Of a stretch of DNA of 64,000 nt, positions 1 to 8,597 are shown in pieces. Every line of letters starts with the position of its first letter. Position 1 is the first letter of the stretch. The notes beneath the pieces were generated by a model, which saw only the letters and a program-made list of their open reading frames with translations, made no database searches and had not been told where the DNA came from. The stretch is from an uncultured Candidatus Micrarchaeota archaeon (GTDB lineage Archaea > Micrarchaeota > Micrarchaeia > Micrarchaeales > Micrarchaeaceae): positions 365 to 64,364 of the forward strand of contig CAVXBR010000011.1 of assembly GCA_963760035.1 (NCBI GenBank), read 5' to 3'. Made by a program: the position numbers and the translations under genes.

Positions 1-160
1 TTTTAAAGGATCCCAAGTTCGGGCTGTTGAGAAGAGAAGCAAAGGCTTCCGAAGCCACTGGGGTTCGGAAGGTTATACCTTTGGGTGGCGATATAGGAAA
101 AGTGGGAAGCGCCTCCATTTCCTAATCTAGGATTCGTTTCGCGCATTCTGCATGATGGCG

Positions 161-808
161 TTATAGTTTAACATCCATCTCGGAGGCGTAGAGGCTGATT
201 ACCTCGTCGGTAAGCCTGTTGAGGATGGCCAGTTCGGGAAGTTCCCTCTCTTTTTGTGATCTTGAATCGTTCAGAGCCTTGCATTGGCGGAGCAGTTCGA
301 GTGAGTAGTCCATTGCGGCCTGTTGGTATAGGCTGTCGCGCTTTAGGTGGACTAGCTGTGTACCAGAGGGGTACTTTTTGAGCACAAAATCAACAAGGGC
401 AGCGACCCTTTGGTCAGGCTGGGATATGAATGCGTTAAGGTCATCGCCAGAAAAGAGCCAGATCTTTGTACCTTCATGGTTTTCCCTCTCTTGGGCCTGA
501 TAGAGCTTTAGGAGAGGCGACGGTATGGTCAAAAACGGCAGGATGTCCTTAAGGGAGAGGTTTATGCCGCCGTCCCTGCTGTTGTCATCCAGCTCGATCC
601 CCCTGGCTTTTCCCTCAGTTATCAATTTTACTAGCTCAAAACCGGCCCTCGCCCTAAATGGACGCTCCAGGTGGCTTAGGATTTTGCTGCTTTCCATCTC
701 CTTTGGGAGCTGGGCCTCAAGCGCCCTGATACGGCCCATGGAAGAACTAGCGTTCTCGCTCTTTCCTCTGTTGTCCGTTGGGCGTTCTAATGTTAAACCT
801 GACGGCAA
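161..808 (-). CDS. hypothetical protein
   Basis: 215-aa ORF from the track, the longest over this span. I recognise no motif. Confidence 0.35.
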   Translation of the reverse strand: MPSGLTLERPTDNRGKSENASSSMGRIRALEAQLPKEMESSKILSHLERPFRARAGFELVKLITEGKARGIELDDNSRDGGINLSLKDILPFLTIPSPLLKLYQAQERENHEGTKIWLFSGDDLNAFISQPDQRVAALVDFVLKKYPSGTQLVHLKRDSLYQQAAMDYSLELLRQCKALNDSRSQKERELPELAILNRLTDEVISLYASEMDVKL

Positions 809-868
809 AATATCACTTTAGGGAATTGGGCGTTGCTGATATTTATAAGTTTGCAGGATTGAAGGGGT

Positions 869-1300
869 TTATTTGTGCAGGTGTGATTTGATCCGGGAAC
901 TCTTGTAAAGTTTCGGGTTCAATGAGCTTTTTATCCTTACAACCTTTGCCTTCATTCTATTCTCGCTGAGCCAGAGCCTCACTTTTGGGAGATCGACCCT
1001 CTGGTCATAGCCAAATACGATCACATCTGGCCTGTGCTGTTTTATTATCTTGTACATATCGTCTGACTTCCTCAGTCGGTTTCCCACAATTGCCTTGTCG
1101 ACCATTTTGAGCGACCCGACGAGGTGCGCCCTCTCTTTCTGGCCGAAGAGAGGGTGTTTTCCTTTTATCGCCTTGATGCTAGAGTCCCTTGCAACCACGA
1201 CAATGAGATAGCTGCCGAGCTTTGATGCCCTAGTTAGGTAGTGCACGTGACCCGGGTGTAGGAAGTCGAAGGAGCCGAATGCCATAACTTTTTTGTTCAT
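869..1300 (-). CDS. ribL: cytidylyltransferase-like nucleotidyltransferase, probable archaeal FMN adenylyltransferase (RibL-type)
   Basis: GSFDFLHPGHVHYL (HxGH nucleotidyltransferase motif). About 143 aa. Start moved to the internal ATG (MNKKVMAF, cat at 1298-1300), which removes the overlap with the upstream gene. Confidence 0.65.
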   Translation of the reverse strand: MNKKVMAFGSFDFLHPGHVHYLTRASKLGSYLIVVVARDSSIKAIKGKHPLFGQKERAHLVGSLKMVDKAIVGNRLRKSDDMYKIIKQHRPDVIVFGYDQRVDLPKVRLWLSENRMKAKVVRIKSSLNPKLYKSSRIKSHLHK

Positions 1301-1310
1301 AGGATCGCCG

Positions 1311-1850
1311 TCATCTTTTGTAGAAGGATGGGTTCTCAATCTGTATCAGTGCCATCTGGATCGCCTGCTTGGTATACTCCTTCCTGCTGACCCTGCCCTT
1401 TGTCAGCACGCCGATGGCCCCTTCCAATGAGCCTACATTCTTGTGCTCGGTGAGGCCGGCCTTTAAGGATGCCTCGCTGGCATCGAGGCCCTGTTCGTGT
1501 ATAAGCCGGGTGATCTCAAAGGGGAACTCAAAGGCGCAGGAGAGACCCAGATAGGACTCCTTCCCATCATAGATTATACAGGCGCAGAAGTCCATGTAGC
1601 CGCTCTTCGCCTGAGGGACGTGCATAAGGCCGGACTCTATGCCAATGCTGTAGGCGCAGTCCGCGAAGGCTGCCTTTGCCCTGTTGGTGGCACCGGTTAT
1701 CGTCTCCTCCATCGACTTCGGCTGCGGCGAAACTCCTGACTGCGCCTCATGTGTGGTTATCTCGGCTCCAGCAAGAAAGTCGTAGGCCGCTATTGTCTCC
1801 TTGAGGGCGGCGATCTTCGTGGGATTCTTTGAGCCAATGTTTATTCTCAT
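1311..1850 (-). CDS. inosine/xanthosine triphosphatase (YjjX/DUF84 NTPase family)
   Basis: N-terminal INIGSKNPTKIAA, an SGVSPQP segment and IGIESGL, typical of the DUF84 non-canonical NTPase family. 179 aa. Confidence 0.65.
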   Translation of the reverse strand: MRINIGSKNPTKIAALKETIAAYDFLAGAEITTHEAQSGVSPQPKSMEETITGATNRAKAAFADCAYSIGIESGLMHVPQAKSGYMDFCACIIYDGKESYLGLSCAFEFPFEITRLIHEQGLDASEASLKAGLTEHKNVGSLEGAIGVLTKGRVSRKEYTKQAIQMALIQIENPSFYKR

Positions 1851-1870
1851 CTTATCACAATCTGTCTGGG

Positions 1871-2152
1871 CTACCTGAATTTGTGGGCATGGGTCTGGAG
1901 GTCTATCCTTCCCCCTACTATTTTGACTCCTTCCCTTTTTAGCATTTTCATTTTGAGGGACCTGCCCCTATTATAGTTGCCAACCCTGCCGTCCGAGAGC
2001 ACCACCCTATGACAGGGTATATCGTGATTCCTGTTCTTCCGCATTGCGCTCCCGACAGACCTGTAGGCCTTTGACCCGAGAGCTCTTGCTATTGAACCAT
2101 AGGTGGTGACCCTGCCTCTCGGCACTGATTTTAGTAGGCGGTAGCAGCGCAT
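1871..2152 (-). CDS. MGMT-family (O6-alkylguanine-DNA alkyltransferase DNA-binding domain) protein
   Basis: Contains the PCHRV active-site motif and a TYGSIA helix-turn-helix segment. Short (93 aa), so only the C-terminal domain is present. Confidence 0.7.
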   Translation of the reverse strand: MRCYRLLKSVPRGRVTTYGSIARALGSKAYRSVGSAMRKNRNHDIPCHRVVLSDGRVGNYNRGRSLKMKMLKREGVKIVGGRIDLQTHAHKFR

Positions 2153-2183
2153 CTCAAATGAGGTTAGGTTTTGGTCCGTCTAA

Positions 2184-3167
2184 TCATCCCAACTCCTTTA
2201 TCAGGCTTGTGCGCCCTAGATCGAACCAGTACTTTGTCTCTTTGGTGTCGTTGCCATTGATGTACCGTTCCTGGTGCGAGCCCATGAACTCCATAGCAAT
2301 GCCAGCGAGCGTATATTGGTAGAGGCTGTATTTTTCTTCGCTGGAGAGAGGGTTGTACCTGTTGTACATCGATGCGACCAAATCGCACCTCTTGCGCAGC
2401 GCCATGGCACTTGACTTGTCGTAGATGAGGTTTGCGGTGATGACTGCCAGCTCCTGGATTCGGGGGTACCAGTTTGATACCGAGAAGTCCAGGATGTAAA
2501 GTTCGCCATTGTCGGCCTTTATGACATTCGCCTTGGTAAAATCGCCATGGACAAAACAGTGGGGCAGCAAATCGACAGCTATGGTGGCGTATTCGGCGAT
2601 CGCCGTTTCGACGAGTTTTTTGTCATCGGGCTCGATAAATCGGCTCACGCGCCTGTACATCTCCGTAATGTTGGGAATCGCCCACGAATCAAAGATGTAT
2701 TGAGGATGATAATCTATCCTGTTGATTATTGCTGCCTGTTCGATAGCCTTTTCCAGCTCAGCGGTATTTGGTGCGCGGTCCAGTTCAAGGAATGTCTTCC
2801 CATCGATGAAGTTCATCAGAACCATTGACAGTCCGTCTGCTTCCTTGTCACTGTAGACGAAGTCGCCTTTAGCAGTTTTTATGACTTCGGGATGGTTGAC
2901 TCCAGCTGCAGTGACCCTCTCCATGGTCTTTGTATAGCGTGAGATGTCCCCCGGCGTGCGCGTCCTTGAGAAGATCTTGGCCATGTATTTAGATGATTCA
3001 GTCTCGACAAAAACGTTGCAGTCCTCGTAGCCGATCTCTATTATCGAGAACTTGCTTATCTTTCCGATTTCGTAGGCCACTGACAGCCGGTCAATCACCG
3101 GGTTAAGGCTACCCGTATAGCTGAGCCTGTCGGTGGGCCTCTGCTTTTCCATAAGTATAATTTGCAA
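2184..3167 (-). CDS. APH/ChoK-family phosphotransferase, possibly homoserine kinase type II
   Basis: HGDFTKANV catalytic loop and ILDFSVSN (DFG-like) motif of the aminoglycoside phosphotransferase fold. Adjacency to thrC suggests, but does not prove, ThrB2 function. Confidence 0.6.
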   Translation of the reverse strand: MQIILMEKQRPTDRLSYTGSLNPVIDRLSVAYEIGKISKFSIIEIGYEDCNVFVETESSKYMAKIFSRTRTPGDISRYTKTMERVTAAGVNHPEVIKTAKGDFVYSDKEADGLSMVLMNFIDGKTFLELDRAPNTAELEKAIEQAAIINRIDYHPQYIFDSWAIPNITEMYRRVSRFIEPDDKKLVETAIAEYATIAVDLLPHCFVHGDFTKANVIKADNGELYILDFSVSNWYPRIQELAVITANLIYDKSSAMALRKRCDLVASMYNRYNPLSSEEKYSLYQYTLAGIAMEFMGSHQERYINGNDTKETKYWFDLGRTSLIKELG

Positions 3168-3202
3168 GTGAATATCTAAAAAAAGGCCAGTTTAGCGTGC
3201 TG

Positions 3203-4302
3203 CTATGCCTCCCGGAACCTCCCCTCGTTGTTTCCAGTGACCACCACAACTACCTTCTTTCCCCCGAATCGCGCTTTGTCGTTTCCGTAACTCTTCAGGA
3301 AGCCGGCAAAACCCGTTCCGCCGCCCAGCTCCGCATAAACGCCCAGCTTTTCAAGCTCCATTACTGCGTCAGCTATCTCCTTTTCTTTTACGGGGACGCC
3401 AAACCCCTTTGTGGACCTTATCGCTGTCAGCGCCTCGAATCCGAAGGTTGGGTAACCGACAGCTATGGCATCTGCCGCTGTGCGGGGCTTTACGTAGCCG
3501 ATCTTCTTGCCGTCGATTGATGCCCTCACCAGCGGGTCGCATCGCTCTGACTGTACCGCGACAAGCCGTGGAATACGACCGATTAACCCCGCCTTCTTGA
3601 ACTCCTTTAGGCCCTTATACACTCCGGAGAACATGTGGCATTGCCCACAGGCATGAAGATGAAGTCGGGCGCGTTGCCAAGCTGCTCCACGATCTCGTAG
3701 CCAACCGTCTTCTGGCCTTCCTTCCTGAAGTGATAGTCGCCGCAGACAAATGCCCCGGTCTTCCTTGCGAAGCGCTCGGCGCTGTTGAGCGCGCTGTTGA
3801 AGTCGCCCTTTACCATTACTATCCTTGCCCCCTGGGCCCTTATCTTGGATATCTTCTTCGGGTTGGCGCCGCTGCTGATGAATATGGTGCAGTTGATGCC
3901 CACCTTTTTGGCGTAGTGCGCGACCGAGAGTCCCATGTTACCAGTGGAGGCGCAGCAGACGCTCCTCTTTCCCAGCTCTAGTGCCTTAGAGATCTCCACA
4001 GCCGAACCCCTGTCCTTGAAGGTCTTTGTGGGATTTTCAGTCTCCAGCTTTAGGAAGAGCGCGGCCCCGGCGAAGCTGGCCTTTTTCAGCCGCGTGCCAC
4101 CTTCCCCGAGGCTCGGGCTTATGGCCCAGATGGGCAGAAAGTCGATATACCTGCTCATTGGGCTTCCCTTCTTTGCCCTTCTCAGCCTTGGCTTTGCGCC
4201 TTTTCCGTATTCAACCTCCAGTATTGAGCCGCATCTGCCGCACCTGAACGCCGAATCTGGCTCATTGTTGCCGCACTTGGTGCAGACGAGGCTGTATTCC
4301 AT
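3203..4302 (-). pseudogene. thrC: threonine synthase, disrupted by a 1-nt frameshift as sequenced
   Basis: ORFs 3607..4302 and 3203..3634 are the two halves of one PLP enzyme. It has an N-terminal CxxC...CxxC Zn ribbon and the PLP-lysine motif PTKTFKDRG. The PVGNA... motif breaks at about 3631-3637 and continues in another frame as FSGVYKGLKEF. Confidence 0.8.
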
Positions 4303-4365
4303 GTGGAGCTCTGTAAGACGGAGTTAATATATATTTCCATCAGCCGAATATTTGTGTAGATTTAT

Positions 4366-4731
4366 ATGCAGCAGACAGTACAAAAGCCGACGACTCTTGC
4401 GATAAGAGGCGTGAACATCCAGGGGCAGAGGTCAATCCTAGCCATGGCTACGACCTTGGAGAGCATGAGGTGGTTCGGCCCGGCGGTCCTTGATGCAAAG
4501 ACCTGCCGGCTCTCTACAGGGGCTACAGTCAACGAAGCCAAAGGGCCTACTCAACTGGTTGAGCGCTTGCCGGACTCTCTCGGGCCTACACCTCGGGGAG
4601 GGCTGGCAAGCGATAATGTTAAGGTTCAGGCTCGTTGCTCCCTATGCGGTATCTATGCCACCTGCCAGCTTGACAAGGGCACAGGCGAGAGAATATGCGC
4701 AACGTGCGCCACAATCGAGGTGACTCCATAA
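4366..4731 (+). CDS. hypothetical protein with C-terminal CxxC...CxxC zinc ribbon
   Basis: First ORF of a chain of + strand ORFs with overlapping stop/start codons. Its stop TAA overlaps the next ATG (TAATG at 4729-4733). Confidence 0.4.
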   Translation: MQQTVQKPTTLAIRGVNIQGQRSILAMATTLESMRWFGPAVLDAKTCRLSTGATVNEAKGPTQLVERLPDSLGPTPRGGLASDNVKVQARCSLCGIYATCQLDKGTGERICATCATIEVTP

Positions 4732-4934
4732 TGACCTCTGATCCTGACCCAACAGCCCCGACGCCAGGCCAGCTCAGGGCGGCCGCCAACCTGGGCCTAA
4801 TTGTACCGATGGATATCACAAAAGCGGAGCTTTGGGGACTGATCCATGAAGCCCAGGTGCGCATCGAGACCGAGCGTGAGGACGCGGCCAGAAAGAAAAG
4901 AGAGAAGCATAGGGTTTTGGTGGTATTTCTATGA
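4731..4934 (+). CDS. hypothetical small protein
   Basis: Internal ATG at 4731 overlaps the upstream stop. Its own stop overlaps the next start (ATGA at 4931). Confidence 0.35.
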   Translation: MTSDPDPTAPTPGQLRAAANLGLIVPMDITKAELWGLIHEAQVRIETEREDAARKKREKHRVLVVFL

Positions 4935-5242
4935 CCAACAATAATACTGACGACGGCAGAACGGCCGAATTTATCTACACCGACCCGGAGCCGCGACAGG
5001 ATCCGACAGATGGCGTGGGCGGCCATGCGTCTACCTCTTCTCGCCTTCTCAGTAAGTCCACGCCCCTGCCTTCTCGATCGACTGGAATCCGTGCCGCACT
5101 GATGACCCTTGAGGCCGGATACTCTCGCCTTGTCCGAGTTCTTGGCCAACTTAACAACGAATGGACCCTCGCGCCTTACGCAATCCTGCACGGACTCATG
5201 CGCATGGCTGAACGGATACGGAAAAAGGTGAGCAAGCCATGA
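4931..5242 (+). CDS. hypothetical small protein
   Basis: Translationally coupled ORF, with ATGA overlaps at both ends. Confidence 0.35.
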   Translation: MTNNNTDDGRTAEFIYTDPEPRQDPTDGVGGHASTSSRLLSKSTPLPSRSTGIRAALMTLEAGYSRLVRVLGQLNNEWTLAPYAILHGLMRMAERIRKKVSKP

Positions 5243-5487
5243 CTACAATCGCAGCTCATAAGACAGGATGCAAGGGATGGGGCCACAGCTTCAGTCATCC
5301 AACAGCGGCGATCGCAAAGATGCTGAGGCTTGAGCGCCAAGGCTTAGAGACTCTGACCCCCGAGCTCGTTGGCAGCCTGGCGAAGCTGACCCACTATGAC
5401 CCGAGCTGCCGGACATGCTGCGATCTCGCTGGCCGTGAGGTCCGGCGAAGACTGATCTTGATAAAACGTGTTGAGGTGCAACCATGA
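5239..5487 (+). CDS. hypothetical small protein
   Basis: Translationally coupled ORF, with ATGA overlaps at 5239 and 5484. Confidence 0.35.
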   Translation: MTTIAAHKTGCKGWGHSFSHPTAAIAKMLRLERQGLETLTPELVGSLAKLTHYDPSCRTCCDLAGREVRRRLILIKRVEVQP

Positions 5488-5669
5488 CAACCCTAGAACC
5501 AGAATCGGATAGAGTCGAGGATGTGCGAAGGCGGGCCCATAAGCGCCTTACGGTCTGGATCGACAAGGAGCTCGCTGAGGCCCTTGAGAAGCGCAAGGGG
5601 ACCATCAAGCTGGCGCCATTCGTGAGGAACGCTCTTAGGACGGCCTTGAAGGCCGGAAAAAAGGGGTAG
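5484..5669 (+). CDS. ribbon-helix-helix (CopG-like) DNA-binding protein
   Basis: RLTVWIDKELAEALEKRKG...FVRNALRTAL matches the beta-strand plus two-helix RHH pattern. Confidence 0.45.
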   Translation: MTTLEPESDRVEDVRRRAHKRLTVWIDKELAEALEKRKGTIKLAPFVRNALRTALKAGKKG

Positions 5670-5804
5670 AATGTCGGACTTCCAGCTTAATGGCGGGGTA
5701 TGTAGCGAGCAAGTGAGCATGTCAGAAATCCACAAGAGGCTTTTTGAGCGTGAAAAGCTCGGTTTTGAGAGTAAAACCGATTATGTAAGAATTAACAACA
5801 TATC

Positions 5805-5874
5805 GGCATCACGTATGGCATCGTATTGGACATCGTATGCGGCTTCGGGTAGGCATCGTATATGCCATCGTGTA
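5805..5874. repeat. array of five direct GGCATCGTAT-like iterons phased at about 12 bp
   Basis: Copies start at 5805, 5817, 5829, 5852 and 5864: GGCATCaCGTAT, GGCATCGTAT, gACATCGTAT, GGCATCGTAT, GCCATCGTgT. They lie directly upstream of the RHH gene at 5904. Confidence 0.55.
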
Positions 5875-5903
5875 AGCAAAATTCATGATAAAGAGGAGAT
5901 TGT

Positions 5904-6395
5904 ATGCAACAAGAAAATGGATCGAAGGATGTGCGAATAAGAATAAACCCGGAGCTTGATCAGGCTCTCATGGCAGCCATAAAGGGTAGGATTGGTTTAT
6001 CCAAGAGTGTAATTTTTGAGCGCCTATTGCAACTTGGTTTGCCAGCTATTGAAGCTATAATAGAATCTGACTGGGCGAACGCAAGGATTGTTCCGAGCCA
6101 TGAAGAGGGCAGTCTTGGGCGATCGATAGCATTAGATGAGGCGGCCTTGCTTTGTGTTAAGTATGATCTATTCGTACCTGACGTGGAGGATGTTATAGAC
6201 AATGTGGGCGATGAAGTTCTTGGTTCTGGTGTTTTTGATGATATGGAAAAGGAGGGTAGGGAAAAGGGAATAGATATTTTTGAGGAAGATTCTCCAAAAG
6301 TTTCAGAAATGTTAAAACAAGAGAAAATAAAGGCATTTGTTAAGCGGATTTCAATTGCACAACAAACTAAAGTACAATTCAACAAGGAAGAGTGA
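5904..6395 (+). CDS. protein with N-terminal ribbon-helix-helix-like domain
   Basis: VRIRINPELDQALMAAIKGRIGLSKSVIFERLLQLG resembles an RHH fold, followed by an acidic C-terminal half. Confidence 0.4.
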   Translation: MQQENGSKDVRIRINPELDQALMAAIKGRIGLSKSVIFERLLQLGLPAIEAIIESDWANARIVPSHEEGSLGRSIALDEAALLCVKYDLFVPDVEDVIDNVGDEVLGSGVFDDMEKEGREKGIDIFEEDSPKVSEMLKQEKIKAFVKRISIAQQTKVQFNKEE

Positions 6396-6562
6396 TTTGA
6401 ATGACCTGGCCCTTTATCAAGAAGCCCAAACTACAAGAAGACGATGAGGACGACTACGACGATGACGAAGGACATGAGGAGGATGACGATGAGGATTAGA
6501 CTCGTGTGCGAGGAATTTATAGGTTTCTTTGAAGGCCGATTAAACGCTTGTTTGCAGGTCTC

Positions 6563-8149
6563 CTAAGTTACCGAACCGCCATAGGTGGAGGCGTTGAACA
6601 GGACCGAATCGTTGGATGAAGATCCAGAATTCCTGTACTTCATTAGGACAGATAGCTCCACTTGAGCGTTCTCCCCGAAGTTGAAGCTGCCATCGCTGCT
6701 GCGGCATGGTATCGATATTCCGTAGCTGATGAAAGGATAGGGTGGGCTTGGCTGAAGAGTGATTGGACTGCCCGTCACATTCTCATTATTTAGGCCTATT
6801 GATATCGTAACATTTTTGCTGTTCTGCCATGAGTAGCCAGGGTAGTAGCTGAAGCAGGTAAGACTGTAGAGTTGGAATTGGCTGCTGAGGGTGTCGTTGA
6901 AGCTGAATATGGCTGTGCCATTCTGATACAGCCCTTCTAGGGAACAATTGAACTGGCCGCTGGAACTCTGGCAGCTGGGCCCGAAGTTGGTATTTTTAGT
7001 CCCAGGCCCTGCGCCGCTTGATATCACCGACGTGGTAGCGACCGTTGATGTAGTGCTTGTTGTAGTGAGGGCGCCCTTTATGCTCGAGAATTCTGCAATC
7101 ATCTTGATTGTGTCAATCGGGCCTTGCGTATCACTGCTATTATAACCAAGGTAAACATACTCAGTAAGTGGCTCCTGCAATTCGGTCGTATTGAGTGGCT
7201 TGCCTGAAGAGTCAAAACATTCATTTATCTGTATGTTGCTCCCACATGGCTCACTAGCATATTGACTAGTTGCAGGTGGACAATTCATCCATCCTCCCGG
7301 GAAAACCTCAGTGCCGTTCACACCAAGGGAATAAAATCCCTTAAAGCTACTACCAAGGTTCGTGTTCTGAGCTATTGGCATGCCGTTCGTATCAGTTTTA
7401 GCTGCACAGGCAATTATGGTATTTCCCAATGCTTGATGAGCTACATTAAAGAGGGAGATATACAATAGACCGCCTGGATCGAAACTTGCGTGAGTGCAAG
7501 TCCATTCAGGTAATCCTACGCACGATATATTGTTATTGTTGTTATTAAATTCTGTAGGATTAAAGCTCTGGTTAAGTGCTGCTATATATGGTTTGCTTAG
7601 ATTAGCGAATGGGGTATTTGCGGTTGCATTTACAAAGTTGTTTATGATGTTACTGTTTACGGATGCAGTGAAGCTGAGTATTGAATAAAATAATATGGCA
7701 GTTATAATAATTGTGGCGATTAAGCCTGCTAAGACATATGTTACAGGGAATCGACTTGGATGTGTTATAATTTGGGAAGCAGATTGGGCGTCTGTAGTGG
7801 TATTTGGGTTTGCAGTATTTTTTGCCCTTTCCTTCTTTATTTTAAAATAGTAGATTAGCGGTCCAAATATTGGTTCGAAAACCAAAACTAAGATCCAAAG
7901 CAATTGGTTCTCTTTCTGGTATTTCAAACAATCGATAACCATCAACAAGAGGAGAAGTAATCCGATTAAAGAGTATACTGCTGTGATTACCCAAAGGATT
8001 AGTATCTTGCCTGCTAACTGTATGACTGAGTTGTTAAAGCTAGGAACTGCGCCCCCATACTGTGCATAGCCCAATATGGTCCCAAAGGATAGCAGAAATA
8101 TTAGTGCAAGAGGGATACGGTATATTTTATTCGAAAGCAACTTGATCAT
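6563..8149 (-). CDS. membrane-anchored secreted Ser/Thr/Asn-rich protein (probable glycoprotein)
   Basis: Start moved to M50 (MIKLLSNKIY..., 8149), which removes the overlap with 8158..8580. It has several N-terminal TM helices, many N-x-S/T sequons and a TTTSTTSTVATTS linker. Confidence 0.5.
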   Translation of the reverse strand: MIKLLSNKIYRIPLALIFLLSFGTILGYAQYGGAVPSFNNSVIQLAGKILILWVITAVYSLIGLLLLLLMVIDCLKYQKENQLLWILVLVFEPIFGPLIYYFKIKKERAKNTANPNTTTDAQSASQIITHPSRFPVTYVLAGLIATIIITAILFYSILSFTASVNSNIINNFVNATANTPFANLSKPYIAALNQSFNPTEFNNNNNNISCVGLPEWTCTHASFDPGGLLYISLFNVAHQALGNTIIACAAKTDTNGMPIAQNTNLGSSFKGFYSLGVNGTEVFPGGWMNCPPATSQYASEPCGSNIQINECFDSSGKPLNTTELQEPLTEYVYLGYNSSDTQGPIDTIKMIAEFSSIKGALTTTSTTSTVATTSVISSGAGPGTKNTNFGPSCQSSSGQFNCSLEGLYQNGTAIFSFNDTLSSQFQLYSLTCFSYYPGYSWQNSKNVTISIGLNNENVTGSPITLQPSPPYPFISYGISIPCRSSDGSFNFGENAQVELSVLMKYRNSGSSSNDSVLFNASTYGGSVT

Positions 8150-8157
8150 TTTTACCA

Positions 8158-8580
8158 CTATCCGAAATATTCCTTCGGCTCTTTTCTGGTTAGGTATACT
8201 ACCAGTATTATCCCTGCGATCAGACCTAAGATATTGAGCATGAATATGCTCAGTATGTAAAGTATGCCTAAGATTATGCCAAGCCACCAACCCCATTTCT
8301 TACCGTTGTATAGTCCATAGGCAAGAAGCAAGTTTAGGATAGCGATGAGGATGATTACAGCTGCGGCTATAGCAGCAATTGAGGTAAATCTGCCGCTAAG
8401 AGGCAGTAGAGAGGTGAAAAATGACGAATGGAACAATAAAAGCGAAAGTAAGCTGCCTAAGATCGCCGTTATGCCGAATATTGCAGCTAGTGCAGCTATT
8501 ATAACAATCCCTAGCGGTCTATTTTTCTTGGAAAACACAGTAGTAGGCATCGGTTTCTTGGAGTCAGTTCCTTTGGGCAT
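8158..8580 (-). CDS. small polytopic membrane protein (WGWW motif family)
   Basis: Four hydrophobic helices. The GKKWGWWLGII...VVYLTRKEPKEYF tail is paralogous to ORF 44549..44905. Confidence 0.5.
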   Translation of the reverse strand: MPKGTDSKKPMPTTVFSKKNRPLGIVIIAALAAIFGITAILGSLLSLLLFHSSFFTSLLPLSGRFTSIAAIAAAVIILIAILNLLLAYGLYNGKKWGWWLGIILGILYILSIFMLNILGLIAGIILVVYLTRKEPKEYFG

Positions 8581-8597
8581 ATATTTACCTGCTCATC

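Noticed and set aside
4619-5191. 190-aa minus-strand ORF, and similar long antisense ORFs (e.g. 32038..32631, 47689..48285, 60254..60865, 27246..27617, 45717..46055)
   Set aside because: They lie antisense to ORFs with clear motifs or translational coupling, are Arg/Pro/Ser/Gly-rich in the manner of GC-rich shadow frames, and have no motifs.
5671-5940. 89-aa track ORF
   Set aside because: Its middle is the iteron array translated into a periodic peptide, and it overlaps the next gene. It is more likely a non-coding control region.
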